Below are positions 38,672 through 48,132 of a DNA stretch of 64,000 bases, piece after piece. This stretch comes from an uncultured Gemmatimonadales bacterium. GTDB taxonomy: Bacteria; Gemmatimonadota; Gemmatimonadetes; Longimicrobiales; RSA9. Below the pieces are notes generated by a model. The model had not been told where the DNA came from, ran no database searches, and saw only the letters and a program-made list of their open reading frames with translations. Both the position numbers and the translations under genes were made by a program. The DNA lies in the NCBI GenBank assembly GCA_963798085.1, contig CAWCRS010000004.1, positions 66,238-130,237 of the forward strand, written 5' to 3'. The number at the start of each line of letters is the position of its first letter. Position 1 is the stretch's first letter.

Positions 38672-38849
38672 CCGGACCGTCTTGGCGTTCGTGGGTTGTG
38701 GCCCAGGTGCGCCATGCCTGGGGCCCACGGTGGTATCAGCCGCCGACGGTAGCGCACCAGGGGAGCATTCCGCTGGCCGGGCTGGACATTCCGGCACGAG
38801 GCCTGGATTGCCGGATCGGTCACAACCCATGAACGCCAAGACGGTCCGG
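38672..38849. repeat. Long-inverted-repeat element (REP/MITE-like), copy 1
   Basis: CCGGACCGTCTTGGCGTTCGTGGGTTGTG (38672-38700) pairs with 38821-38849 with one mismatch. Confidence 0.85.
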
Positions 38850-38982
38850 GGGGATTTTCGTCCCGCTCCCCCGCCCAACCACGCCATTTCCCGCACCGCG
38901 CACCATGCGTCATTGAGCTACAACGAAAGCTCGGCCTGATCGGAGACGGCCGGCCGCCACCATGGCTCCGGCGGCCCTCCGC

Positions 38983-39861
38983 CTACTGCACGGGCCGCAG
39001 CTTGTCGCCCTGCCGGGCCTGGCCGTCCACGACTTTCGCGATCGCGGACTGTGATAACACGCGTGTTACCTCGATCACGCCCACCTTGTCTGTGATCTCG
39101 TCCAGCACATTGCCGCTGGCATCCTTGATCTGGTCCACCACGCGCACAACCTCGAAGCGCTGGCCCACCTTGACGCCCGCGTTCTCGCCGCGATCAATGT
39201 AGAAATCCGCGCCGCGGACACCCACGATCTGACCCAATGGCGCCTTCGCCGCGAGCTTCGCAAAACGATCCTTCTGCTCGAGGAACTTCTTGATCGTCTG
39301 CTCCACCGCCGGCCGCAGCGCTTCACCGGCCACGCCCGCATCGAAGTTGCGCTCGAGGTTGATGTCCTTGTAAGCGGCACCGCCCAGGCGTTTCGTACCG
39401 TTGCCCGATGCCACGATCAGAATTTCGCCTGTCGATGTGTCGATCATGCGGGCATCAATGGCGCTTTCGGCCTCCGTGAACGTGGCCGAGAACCCGCGGA
39501 TGCCGCCGGACTTCCGGTCGAGCGAGAATTTCGTGATCGAACCGACCACCACCAGCTGCGCACCCAGCAGCTTGCCGACTTTCGCCGCCGTGGCCGCATC
39601 GACCAGCCCGCTCATTCCCAGCTTCTGTTCTGCCAGGATGGACTCGATCTGACGCCGCTCGATGACCGAGAATTCGCCGGTCTTCACCAGCTGCGTCGTC
39701 ACTTCGTCGGACGCCGCAGCGCCCAGCTTGTCACCGAACAGGTTGGACGTAGTGTTGTTCTCGAACGCCAGCACCGCGATGCGCGCCTTCCCCTGCGCAC
39801 CCGCCGGTGCGGCCAGCACCAACGCGAACAGCGCGCCCGCGGGCGCGCCCCGCCGCAACAT
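38983..39861 (-). CDS. CsgG/HfaB family protein with FlgT-like C-terminal domain
   Basis: Signal peptide, RIAVLAFEN, F.VIER..IESILAEQKL..SG, A.KVGKLLGA..VV.GSITKF, RMIDTSTGEI; GGAG RBS. Confidence 0.88.
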   Translation of the reverse strand: MLRRGAPAGALFALVLAAPAGAQGKARIAVLAFENNTTSNLFGDKLGAAASDEVTTQLVKTGEFSVIERRQIESILAEQKLGMSGLVDAATAAKVGKLLGAQLVVVGSITKFSLDRKSGGIRGFSATFTEAESAIDARMIDTSTGEILIVASGNGTKRLGGAAYKDINLERNFDAGVAGEALRPAVEQTIKKFLEQKDRFAKLAAKAPLGQIVGVRGADFYIDRGENAGVKVGQRFEVVRVVDQIKDASGNVLDEITDKVGVIEVTRVLSQSAIAKVVDGQARQGDKLRPVQ

Positions 39862-40021
39862 TCTCCATCGTGCTTCGCATGGCACACCTGTGCGTCTGGT
39901 TCCCCTGCTGCTGTTTCATCCAGCGCTGCATTGCAAATGATACCGTCCGATTGTCATGCGCGAGCCCCTGCCTGTCACCGGCCACGCGTCTGTCAGCCCG
40001 TCCCGCGACGTGGCGGATCGC

Positions 40022-41524
40022 TCAGGTATCCACCGTCAGGAAGCCGCCGCTGAGCATCGACCGGACCAGCTCCGCGAATTCCAGATCATTCACCGTGTCA
40101 GGCACCGCTCCGTTCTGCCGCAGCAGCGCAATGTGCTCGCGCACGGAGCGCGTCCCGTCACAGCGGTTGACGAAGCCGAGCGCCTCGGGCGAGGGCTCGA
40201 GGGTCAGGGCAAACGGCGAATCCGTCGTGATGGCGCAGGCCTCGATGGCCCACCGCCGCTCGCGCATCTGCTGGCGCACCTGCAGGCGGGCATGATCGGA
40301 CACACGCGGCTTCGAATCGAGCAACTGCTGCAGCGCCGCCTCGTCGCCGGCCCGCTGCTCCCACGCCCGCACATGGAGGGTTGCAGCCAGCACGTTCTCC
40401 CGCCCGATACGACGCCGCAGTGTGAGCGCGGAGCGCGGTTCCTCATGCCGTATGATGATGATCCAGCCGTACGCGATCTGCTCCACATCCAGCGCGCGCA
40501 GACCCCGCAGGATCGCGCGTGCTTCGGGCGGCGCCGTGCGGTTCTTCGCCATCTGCTCCGCGTAGTACGCGTTCGGCTCGTGCACGCTGCTGGTTGTCAC
40601 GAAGACATCGAACGCGTCCGCCTGCTCGCCCAGCATGGCGCGCACGCGCTGCTCCAGCGGCGCCCCTTTGCGGTCGGTCGCAGCGCAGCAGCAGTAGAAG
40701 ATGCCGCCGGGCAGAAGGTGGTCCGGCACGCCCGCGATCACGCGTCGTGTCACCATCTCGCCGTCTTCGCCGCCATCGCGATAGATGTACTTCTGGCGCG
40801 GCGTCGGGATATAGGGAGGGTGGGCGAAGATGCGCTCGAATCGCTGCCCCGCTACGGGCGCGTAGAGGTCGCCCGTCAGCGCCGTGACGTTGTACACGCC
40901 GTTGAGTCGGGCATTGAACTCGCAGAACAGCGTGGATCGCACGGTGACGTCAATGGCGGTCGCATGGGTGGCCTCGCGGGCGGCCACCAGCGCCGCAATG
41001 CCGGTCCCGCTGCACAGATCCAGCACGTCGCCGCAGGGCGTCTCGGGCAGTCCCGTCAGGAACATGCGCGTGTTGGGCGTGATGGCCGCGTACACGGCAT
41101 CGGAAGCGAGACCGTGCCGGGACGCGCGCGGGTTCGTGTACAGATCGGACGCGATCCAGTAGCCCCGTGTCGGATAGAGGAACACCGTGGCTTTCACGCA
41201 CTCGCGGGGGGCGTCGGTCACCAGTCCTGCCGCCTGCAGCAGTTCCAGCCCATCGCCTAACAGTTTTTTAGCACGACGCCGCGTGGCCGGCTCGGCGTCG
41301 AGGAACAGATGCACCAGGAGGTCCAGCGCATCCCTGACGGGACGCCGCGGCCGGCCCTCGCGCACGGTGCGGATGTCGTACATCGTCTCCACCGTGAGGC
41401 GATGCCGGATGCGCTCCTCCGAATAGCCGGCGGCACCCAGGAATTCACGCAGCGCCGTGAAGCCTTCGTCCGTACCGAAGCGGAGGGGAACGTCTGCCGC
41501 TGTCGGGACCGCCGCGGTGCTCAC
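40022..41524 (-). CDS. Class I SAM-dependent methyltransferase (HemK-like) with C-terminal PqqD-like winged helix
   Basis: VLDLCSGTG motif I, GDLYAPV..QRFERIFAHPPY, DGGEDG; C-terminal CDGTRSV...LSGGFL. Confidence 0.8.
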   Translation of the reverse strand: MSTAAVPTAADVPLRFGTDEGFTALREFLGAAGYSEERIRHRLTVETMYDIRTVREGRPRRPVRDALDLLVHLFLDAEPATRRRAKKLLGDGLELLQAAGLVTDAPRECVKATVFLYPTRGYWIASDLYTNPRASRHGLASDAVYAAITPNTRMFLTGLPETPCGDVLDLCSGTGIAALVAAREATHATAIDVTVRSTLFCEFNARLNGVYNVTALTGDLYAPVAGQRFERIFAHPPYIPTPRQKYIYRDGGEDGEMVTRRVIAGVPDHLLPGGIFYCCCAATDRKGAPLEQRVRAMLGEQADAFDVFVTTSSVHEPNAYYAEQMAKNRTAPPEARAILRGLRALDVEQIAYGWIIIIRHEEPRSALTLRRRIGRENVLAATLHVRAWEQRAGDEAALQQLLDSKPRVSDHARLQVRQQMRERRWAIEACAITTDSPFALTLEPSPEALGFVNRCDGTRSVREHIALLRQNGAVPDTVNDLEFAELVRSMLSGGFLTVDT

Positions 41525-43053
41525 TGCCCGCCTGACCGCCAGCGCCCGGCAAAGACGGTGGGCGGGTACGCGATGGACTGGAAACGCACCAGGTGCACGG
41601 CGTCACGATCCTTCATCGACGCGAGCGGCATCAGTCCGTGCTCCAGCAGGCGCGCGGCCGCGCGCTCCGTCATCCACGACTCGGCGCAGGGCTTCACCAC
41701 CGCCTCGCCGTTTTCGCGATAAACGTGCAGCGGCAGCCCGCCAATATCCTGGTGCATGCCGGGCCGCATGGCCCAGCCGGCGTCCACGAAGGACTCGGCC
41801 AGCAGCAGCGCCAGCGCAAACGCCGCGTTACCCCATAGATAGCCGGCGTGTTCGGGCGGGCTGGACAGCTCCTCGAATTCCAGCGACTCGCATTCGTCGC
41901 TGCCCTGGCCGTAGGGCAGCCGCAGCAGCATGCGGGGCAATGCCAGACCCACGAAGCTGGCGGCGTCCGAGCGGCGCAGCGCATTCCATTCCTTGTGCGC
42001 CACCCGCTGCCAGTCCTCGGGGTCCGTCATGACGCTGAACCCCGGCGCCCCCGCTAACGCCGGATCAGCAGCAGCAAGCAAAGGCGCACCCGCGCGCTGC
42101 GCCAGCTCCGCCATGCGACCCAGCAGCGCCACGTCGTCCGCCGCCGGTCCGAAATGGTAGTCGCCGACAATGAGGGCCCACGGCCTGCCGCCCGCCGTGC
42201 CCACGGTCTCCTCCACCAGCAGCCGGTACAGCGCACTGCGCTCCAGCGCGCGTTCCGGCGCCAGATCGGCGTCCAGCGCTGCGCGTGGCGCATCCACCAC
42301 GTGAATGGTGAGGTCCGGACCCGTGTCGGTGCGCCGCACCAGCAGATCCAGCGACCGCCACACCGCCTCAATGCGCTGCCACGCCGCATCGTGCAGCAGC
42401 GCGCGCATGATGTCGCCCGCCGCATCATCAATGCGCGCCAGCAGCGCCGCCTTGCGGGGATCCTCGCCGGGCTCCACGTGCGGAGCAACAATGCCCCGTA
42501 TGTACTCCTGAAGCTCGTCCCGTGGCCGCGCCCGCGCAGGCGGCGCCGCGCCTGCTGGCGCCGGCCCTTCCACCTGTTCCACCATCGCGTCCAGCAGACT
42601 GCCCGACGGCGGCAACGGCGCCACAGGCGGCGAGGTCGATGGCGCAGCGGACGGTGACGCGGAAGCCGACTCGTCGCCCAGCAGAGCCCGGGCAGCGGCC
42701 GCGAATGTGCGCGGATCGTCCAGCTTCTCGCGCAGCTCGCGCAGCAAGGCGAACACGGGCAGCCGGGCCCACAACCGGTCCGGGTGGAAATCGTCCAGCT
42801 CCCGGATCGTCATGGACTCGCCGGGCGCGAACGGCAACGTCATCACGGGCGCAAAACGGGCCAGCACTTCGTCAAAACTGTCGCGATCCACGCTGACCGG
42901 CCTCTGGCGCTCCAGATGGGTCCGGTCGGCACTCGCGCCGGAAAGGTCGGCCAGTATCAGAATGCGGAAGGGCGCACCATTGGCCGGCTCGGCTACGAGC
43001 GGCTGACGCCGGGGTTCGACGTCCAGCACTACACCCACATTGCTCCGGCTCAT
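41521..43053 (-). CDS. Fused TssB-like plus truncated TssC-like sheath protein
   Basis: PFRILILADLSG..VDRDSFDEVL..LDDFHPDRL (TssB) followed by ALLH...QRIEAVWRSL, GDYHF, GLALPRMLLRLPYG, YLWGN (TssC); start trimmed from the long antisense ORF. Confidence 0.85.
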   Translation of the reverse strand: MSRSNVGVVLDVEPRRQPLVAEPANGAPFRILILADLSGASADRTHLERQRPVSVDRDSFDEVLARFAPVMTLPFAPGESMTIRELDDFHPDRLWARLPVFALLRELREKLDDPRTFAAAARALLGDESASASPSAAPSTSPPVAPLPPSGSLLDAMVEQVEGPAPAGAAPPARARPRDELQEYIRGIVAPHVEPGEDPRKAALLARIDDAAGDIMRALLHDAAWQRIEAVWRSLDLLVRRTDTGPDLTIHVVDAPRAALDADLAPERALERSALYRLLVEETVGTAGGRPWALIVGDYHFGPAADDVALLGRMAELAQRAGAPLLAAADPALAGAPGFSVMTDPEDWQRVAHKEWNALRRSDAASFVGLALPRMLLRLPYGQGSDECESLEFEELSSPPEHAGYLWGNAAFALALLLAESFVDAGWAMRPGMHQDIGGLPLHVYRENGEAVVKPCAESWMTERAAARLLEHGLMPLASMKDRDAVHLVRFQSIAYPPTVFAGRWRSGGQ

Positions 43054-43440
43054 GGCTGGCACCCGGGCACACGTCACCGGCTTCGGGAACGCGAGACGGC
43101 CTCCCCCTGCGTGTGCCGGTGACTCGACATGGATTCCGCGTCGGATGAGTGGGAAATGCGGCACGGCAATATGCGACGCCGCTCCCTCGCCCACAACCCG
43201 CGCCCGCGACCGGCACTTCACGCCGCCGGTCCGTCGCGTGACAGGTCGCAACCGCCGCTGAAACGTGCTGCTTCGCCTGAAAACAACAACGCAACCCGGC
43301 GCCCCGAACCGCCTGCTTTGCCCATTACACACGCGCGCGCTATGATCCCGCGTCGATGCTGACATGCTGACCACGTGGGCCGGAGCGCGACGGCGCGTTC
43401 CGCATGCCTCTGCCCGGCCCCTGCTAACTCGGTGATCGCC

Positions 43441-45426
43441 ATGCCCGGGCTGCTCCCCGTCCCGAACTTCCCTGCAATCCTCTCGCGGAACGCCGCAGCG
43501 CTGCCGGGATCGCATTCGCCGCGAGAAACCCGCGTTGCCCGAACCGCCCACACATGCGTACGCGCAGTGGCACTCGCGACCCTGGTCGTCATGGCCGCGT
43601 GCAAGAAGGACATGAGCGCGCCCGGACCGCAATTCAGCATCGCCCCCGACACTGCCTCGCTGGTTGTCGGGCAGGCAGTACAGCTGACAGCTGTCAACGC
43701 CCCCGGCCCCGTCGCCTGGACCTCGAATAACACGCTGATCGCGGCGGTGATCGCGCAGACCGGGTTCGTACAGGCAGTCGGCCGTGGCGACGCAACCATC
43801 ACCGCGCAGGCTGGCACCGCCAGCGCCACTGCGCGCATTCATGTCTCGGTGCCGCCCGGCATCGCGCTCTCCAAACCCACGATCGACTTCGAGGTAACGC
43901 AGGGAGACCCCGACCCCGCGGCCCAGACTGTGAACGTGTCCAACTCGGGCGATGGCACATTGACCGGCCTCGCGGTCGGCACCATCGCGTACGGCGCCAG
44001 CCAGCCGACCGGCTGGCTCACCGCCACGATCAGTGCAGGCACGGCGCCGGCGACTCTGACCCTTTCGGCAAAAACGCAGGGACTCGGCCGAGGCACGTTC
44101 ACCGCCATTGTTCCGATTACAGCCCCGGGCATCGACAATTCGCCGCAGAATGTCGCGGTAACGTTCAGCATCCTGGCCCCCGCCAGCATCACGCTGACGC
44201 GCACGAGCGTGCCGCTCGCAGGTATTCCCAACACGACCATCAAGGACAGCGTGGGCATCAGCAACGGCGGTGACCGCCCGCTCACTGGCCTCGCCACGAC
44301 GATCACCTACACAGGCGGACCGGCGCAGAACTGGCTGCAGGCCGCTCTCAGCGCGACCACTGCGCCCGCGACCCTCAATTTCACGGCGAATACCGCCGGT
44401 CTCACGAATGCCACGTACACGGCCAATGTGCGCGTCAGCTCGAGTGTGACCGGCGTCGCGCCCAGGGACATCGCGGTGCAGCTCGTGGTAGGACCGGGGC
44501 CCGCCATTGCACTGAGCCGAACGGCGGTGGGTGTGGCTGCGAGTAATGGCGTGAATCCGGGTTCTCAGACTGTCAACGTGACCAACAGCGGCGGGGGAAC
44601 TCTCACCAACCTCGGCTTCGGCACCATCACCTATGGCGCCGGACAACCCGGCAACTGGCTGGCGGCCACGCTCAACACCGCCACCGCGCCTGCGGTCATC
44701 ACACTCAACCTCACGACAGCGCCGCTCGCATCCGGCAGTTATACGGCCACCGTGCCCGTGACTTCCAGCGTGGCCAGCAACAGCCCGATCAACATTGTCG
44801 TGACACTCACCGTCGGACCGCCACCGGCGATCTTCCTCAACCCGACGATCGTCTTCTTCTCCGGCTGGCGGGGCGGAAACCCGCAGGCGCAGCAGGGCGT
44901 GCAGATCACCAACTCGGGCACCGGCACACTCAATGGTCTGTCCTTCTCCATCGCCTACGGACCGACGGCCTCCGGCTGGCTGAGCGGCTCGTTCCAGGGC
45001 GGCGTCACCGCCGCGCCCACGACGCTGCTGCTCGTGCCCAACACCACCAACATCGTGGAAGGCACGCACACCGCGACGGTAACGATCTCCAGCAACATCG
45101 CGGGCGTCGCGTCGAGGACGGTGGACGTGACCTATCAGGTGCGCTCGTTCACGCTCAACGTGTACCCGATCTTCTTCGCGCCCAACGTGCCCAACTGCTC
45201 GAGCTGCCATTCCGGCGCGCAGCAGCCCAACCTGAGCCAGAGCGCGATGCAGCTGTATAACAACCTGTTAAGCGGCGGTTACGTGACGCCCAACAGCACC
45301 ACGCCCGTGTCACCCAATCTCGTGTGCAAGGCGATCTCCGGCTGTGCCCACGTGGGCGGCAAGATGACGGGACTGAACGCCTCCACCGTCCTGGCCTGGA
45401 TCCTGGCCGGCGCACCCTTCCAATGA
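43441..45426 (+). CDS. Lipoprotein with BIG2 and about four BACON/Ig-like repeats and C-terminal c-type heme motif
   Basis: Lipobox VMAAC; repeated VSNSG.GTLTGL...WL.A...TAPATL...GTYTA.V; CSSCH; start uncertain. Confidence 0.8.
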   Translation: MPGLLPVPNFPAILSRNAAALPGSHSPRETRVARTAHTCVRAVALATLVVMAACKKDMSAPGPQFSIAPDTASLVVGQAVQLTAVNAPGPVAWTSNNTLIAAVIAQTGFVQAVGRGDATITAQAGTASATARIHVSVPPGIALSKPTIDFEVTQGDPDPAAQTVNVSNSGDGTLTGLAVGTIAYGASQPTGWLTATISAGTAPATLTLSAKTQGLGRGTFTAIVPITAPGIDNSPQNVAVTFSILAPASITLTRTSVPLAGIPNTTIKDSVGISNGGDRPLTGLATTITYTGGPAQNWLQAALSATTAPATLNFTANTAGLTNATYTANVRVSSSVTGVAPRDIAVQLVVGPGPAIALSRTAVGVAASNGVNPGSQTVNVTNSGGGTLTNLGFGTITYGAGQPGNWLAATLNTATAPAVITLNLTTAPLASGSYTATVPVTSSVASNSPINIVVTLTVGPPPAIFLNPTIVFFSGWRGGNPQAQQGVQITNSGTGTLNGLSFSIAYGPTASGWLSGSFQGGVTAAPTTLLLVPNTTNIVEGTHTATVTISSNIAGVASRTVDVTYQVRSFTLNVYPIFFAPNVPNCSSCHSGAQQPNLSQSAMQLYNNLLSGGYVTPNSTTPVSPNLVCKAISGCAHVGGKMTGLNASTVLAWILAGAPFQ

Positions 45427-45550
45427 TGCGCACGCGGATGGCCGCGTCGGATGGAACAGCGCGGCATCCGCAGCATGAGGCGAGGCGGGTCGGTTGCAGG
45501 CGATACGGGCGGGCTACCGTGGCGAAATAGCGCTGTCTCTGATTCGGCAG

Positions 45551-46051
45551 TCAGTCTGCGCGGTCGACCGACCTGTCGCCTGACGACGGTACATCCGTCG
45601 GCGGGGCGCCTCGGCGGACCAGCAGCACGAACTGGCCACGCTGCAGCTCCTCGCCTGACGCGTCACGCAGAGTCACGCCCAGCGTCACCACGCCGCGGTC
45701 CGCGCGCCGCGACGCGCGTAACGCATCCACGCGCAGACTTGCCTGCAGCCGCGTCTCCGGGCGTACAGGACGCACGAACTCCCACGTCACGCTCACGAGC
45801 GCCAGCAGCGTGCCGCGCGTCAGTCCGGTCTGATTGAGCAGGCCGGACGCCACGGCCAGACCCAGGATGCCGTGGGCAATGCGCCCGCCGAACAGCGTGC
45901 CCCGCGCGTAGTCCTCGTCGGTGTGCAGAGGATTGCGATCGCCGGACAGCGCCGCGAACGCGTCAATGTCGGCGCCGGTCAGCAGCCGCGCGTCAGTCGT
46001 GAATTCCTGCCCGGTCCGGAAATCCTCGAAGCGCAGCCCGGTCGGCATCAT
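45551..46051 (-). CDS. MaoC-like (R)-specific enoyl-CoA hydratase/dehydratase
   Basis: FAALSGDRNPLHTD, RIAHG, F.RPV hot-dog motifs. Confidence 0.9.
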   Translation of the reverse strand: MMPTGLRFEDFRTGQEFTTDARLLTGADIDAFAALSGDRNPLHTDEDYARGTLFGGRIAHGILGLAVASGLLNQTGLTRGTLLALVSVTWEFVRPVRPETRLQASLRVDALRASRRADRGVVTLGVTLRDASGEELQRGQFVLLVRRGAPPTDVPSSGDRSVDRAD

Positions 46052-46056
46052 GGTCC

Positions 46057-46109
46057 TTGACAGGGTTTAATATTACACAAATATTGCGATCGTCATGAAT
46101 ATGTGATAT
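46057..46109 (+). promoter_or_regulatory. Putative sigma70 promoter and palindromic operator upstream of paaX-like gene
   Basis: TTGACA (46057-46062), 17 bp, AATATT; imperfect inverted repeat ATATTACACA (46070-46079) / TATGTGATAT (46100-46109) in an AT-rich island between divergent genes. Confidence 0.6.
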
Positions 46110-46153
46110 GCACGGCCGGCACGCCAGCCACACGAAAGGACCGGCCCCGGAAC

Positions 46154-47026
46154 ATGCCCGCACTGCGACCGCAGGACCTGGTTTTCACGCTGTTCGGCGA
46201 GTACCTGCTGCACCGGACGGGCGCGGTGCCGGTGCGCGCGCTGATTCACCTGCTGGCGCCGTTCGGTCTCTCCGAGGGCGCGGTGCGCACCGTGCTGTCG
46301 CGCATGGCGCAGAAGGGCTGGCTGGGTGGTGGTCGAGGCGAGTACGAGCTGACGGCGCGTGGCCGCCGGCTGCTGGAGTCGGGTGAGGAGCGCATTCTGC
46401 ACGCGCGCTGGGACACGCCGTGGGACGGGCAGTGGTTTCTGCTGGCCTACTCGATTCCCGAGGAACGGCGCCAGCTGCGGCATCGTGTGCGTGACCGGCT
46501 GGCGTGGCTGGGCTTCGGCGCGCTGGGCAACGGACTCTGGATCTCGCCGCACGATGTCGAGGGCGAGGTCACGGAGCTGGCGCGCGCGTTGCGCATCGAG
46601 AGCCGGCTGGTGTGCTTCCGCGGCCCGGGCGTCGCGGGAACGGATACGCAGCACCTCGTCGCGACGTGCTGGGACCTGGGCGGCATCAATCGCCGTTACG
46701 AGCAGTTCATCGGGCGCTGGACGCCGCGCTTCCTGGAGTGTCGCGCTGCGCCGGATGCCGGCCTGTCTGCGGAAGCGTGTTTCGTGCTGCGTTTCCGCCT
46801 GATGCACGAGTACCGGAAGTTCCCTCTGCTGGACCCCTATCTGCCGCGCACGCTGCTGCCCGGGAACTGGGCGGGCGAATGTGCGGCTCACCTGTTCCGT
46901 GTTTTTCACGACATGCTGGTTCCGCCCGCGGATCGTCATGTGGACGAAGTGCTGGCGGAAACCAGCGGGGCGCCGGCGCTGCGTCGTCGCCCGCGCAAAG
47001 GCAGGGCGGCGGCGGCCGCCGACTGA
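46154..47026 (+). CDS. paaX: PaaX family transcriptional regulator
   Basis: LVFTLFGEY, AVRTVLSRM..KGWL, WDGQW, L.WLGFG, WISP, YRKF...DPYLP..LLP.NW.G. Confidence 0.9.
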   Translation: MPALRPQDLVFTLFGEYLLHRTGAVPVRALIHLLAPFGLSEGAVRTVLSRMAQKGWLGGGRGEYELTARGRRLLESGEERILHARWDTPWDGQWFLLAYSIPEERRQLRHRVRDRLAWLGFGALGNGLWISPHDVEGEVTELARALRIESRLVCFRGPGVAGTDTQHLVATCWDLGGINRRYEQFIGRWTPRFLECRAAPDAGLSAEACFVLRFRLMHEYRKFPLLDPYLPRTLLPGNWAGECAAHLFRVFHDMLVPPADRHVDEVLAETSGAPALRRRPRKGRAAAAAD

Positions 47027-47037
47027 TGAGGTGATGC

Positions 47038-48132
47038 ATGCGCTACTTCGAGAGCAAGCCGGCGGGGTCATTCGAATTCCGTGAGATCCGCTACGAGAAG
47101 CGTGATTTCCTCGCGACGATCACGATCGATCGGCCGCAGTCGCACAATGCCTATTCCACGCACGCGCTGGCCGAGCTGGCCACTGCGTTCCGCGATGCGG
47201 CATTCGACGATGCCGTCGGCGTCATTGTCTTCACGGGCTCCGGCTCGCGGGCGTTCTGCACGGGCGGTGACGTGAAGGAGTACGAGGCGGAGTACACGGC
47301 GAGGCCGCGCGACTACTGGAAGTACATGGGTCTTTTCCGCGCGTACATCGAGAGCATCCTGAACGCGGGCAAGCCGGTGATCGCGCGCCTCAACGGCATG
47401 GCGGTGGGCGGCGGCAACGAGTCGCAGATGGCATGCGACCTGGCCGTCATCGCGGAGCACGCGTGGATCGGGCAGGTGGGCACGCGCGTGGGCAGCGTTG
47501 CCGCCGGTGGTGCGACGCAGTGGCTGCCGCTGCTGATCGGCGATCGCCGTGCGCGCGAGATGCTGCTGCTCAACGGCCGCGTGCCGCCGTATCAGGCGCT
47601 CGAGTGGGGTCTGGTGAATCGCGTGGTGCCGTCCGTGACAAAGGACGGCGCGTTCATTGAGCGCGCCACAGCGGAGCAGATCCGTCAGGCGGACAAGGGC
47701 GAGAACGGCTACGCCATCAGTCTCGAGCGTCTGGACCAGGCCGTAGCCGCGATCGCGGAGGGACTCATCGAGCAGTTCCCGGAATGCACGCGCTACACCA
47801 AGCAGCAGATGAACTTCTGGAAGGAGCTGGCGTGGCATCAGACGATCGGGCACGCGCGCGACTGGCTGTCCGTGCACTACGCGAGCTACGAGCCATGGGA
47901 GGGCATGCGCGCGTTCGTGCAGAAGCGGCGCGCGGACTATCGCGAGCTGCGCACGCGCGCCGCCAGTGGCGGATCGAGCGAATTCATCTGGGGCGCACCA
48001 CAGGCCGCGTGTCCCTCCTGCGGCGCACAGGGTCTGCCTGACGGTTTCGCCTTCTGCGGATCGTGCGGTGCGCCGCTGCAGGGCGAGGCGCAGCCGAAGG
48101 AACCGGCGCTGCGCAGAGAGCTGGTGGGCTGA
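47038..48132 (+). CDS. oah: 6-oxocyclohex-1-ene-1-carbonyl-CoA hydrolase-like crotonase with C-terminal zinc ribbon
   Basis: NAYST, AFCTGGDVKEY..Y...P.DY..YM.LF, GS.A.GGAT..LP as in Oah/BamA/BzdY; CPSC..FCGSCG tail. Confidence 0.8.
   Translation: MRYFESKPAGSFEFREIRYEKRDFLATITIDRPQSHNAYSTHALAELATAFRDAAFDDAVGVIVFTGSGSRAFCTGGDVKEYEAEYTARPRDYWKYMGLFRAYIESILNAGKPVIARLNGMAVGGGNESQMACDLAVIAEHAWIGQVGTRVGSVAAGGATQWLPLLIGDRRAREMLLLNGRVPPYQALEWGLVNRVVPSVTKDGAFIERATAEQIRQADKGENGYAISLERLDQAVAAIAEGLIEQFPECTRYTKQQMNFWKELAWHQTIGHARDWLSVHYASYEPWEGMRAFVQKRRADYRELRTRAASGGSSEFIWGAPQAACPSCGAQGLPDGFAFCGSCGAPLQGEAQPKEPALRRELVG

Noticed and set aside
38941..38981. Hairpin after the csgG-like stop
   Set aside because: GC-rich stem with a large bulge and no U-tract; could arise by chance.
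43159..43174. Sigma54-like site CGGCACGGCAATATGC
   Set aside because: GG-to-GC spacing is one base off the strict -24/-12 consensus.
43054..45210. N-terminal 719 aa of the 1229-aa minus-strand ORF
   Set aside because: Antisense shadow of the Ig-repeat lipoprotein; sheath similarity begins only near 43053.
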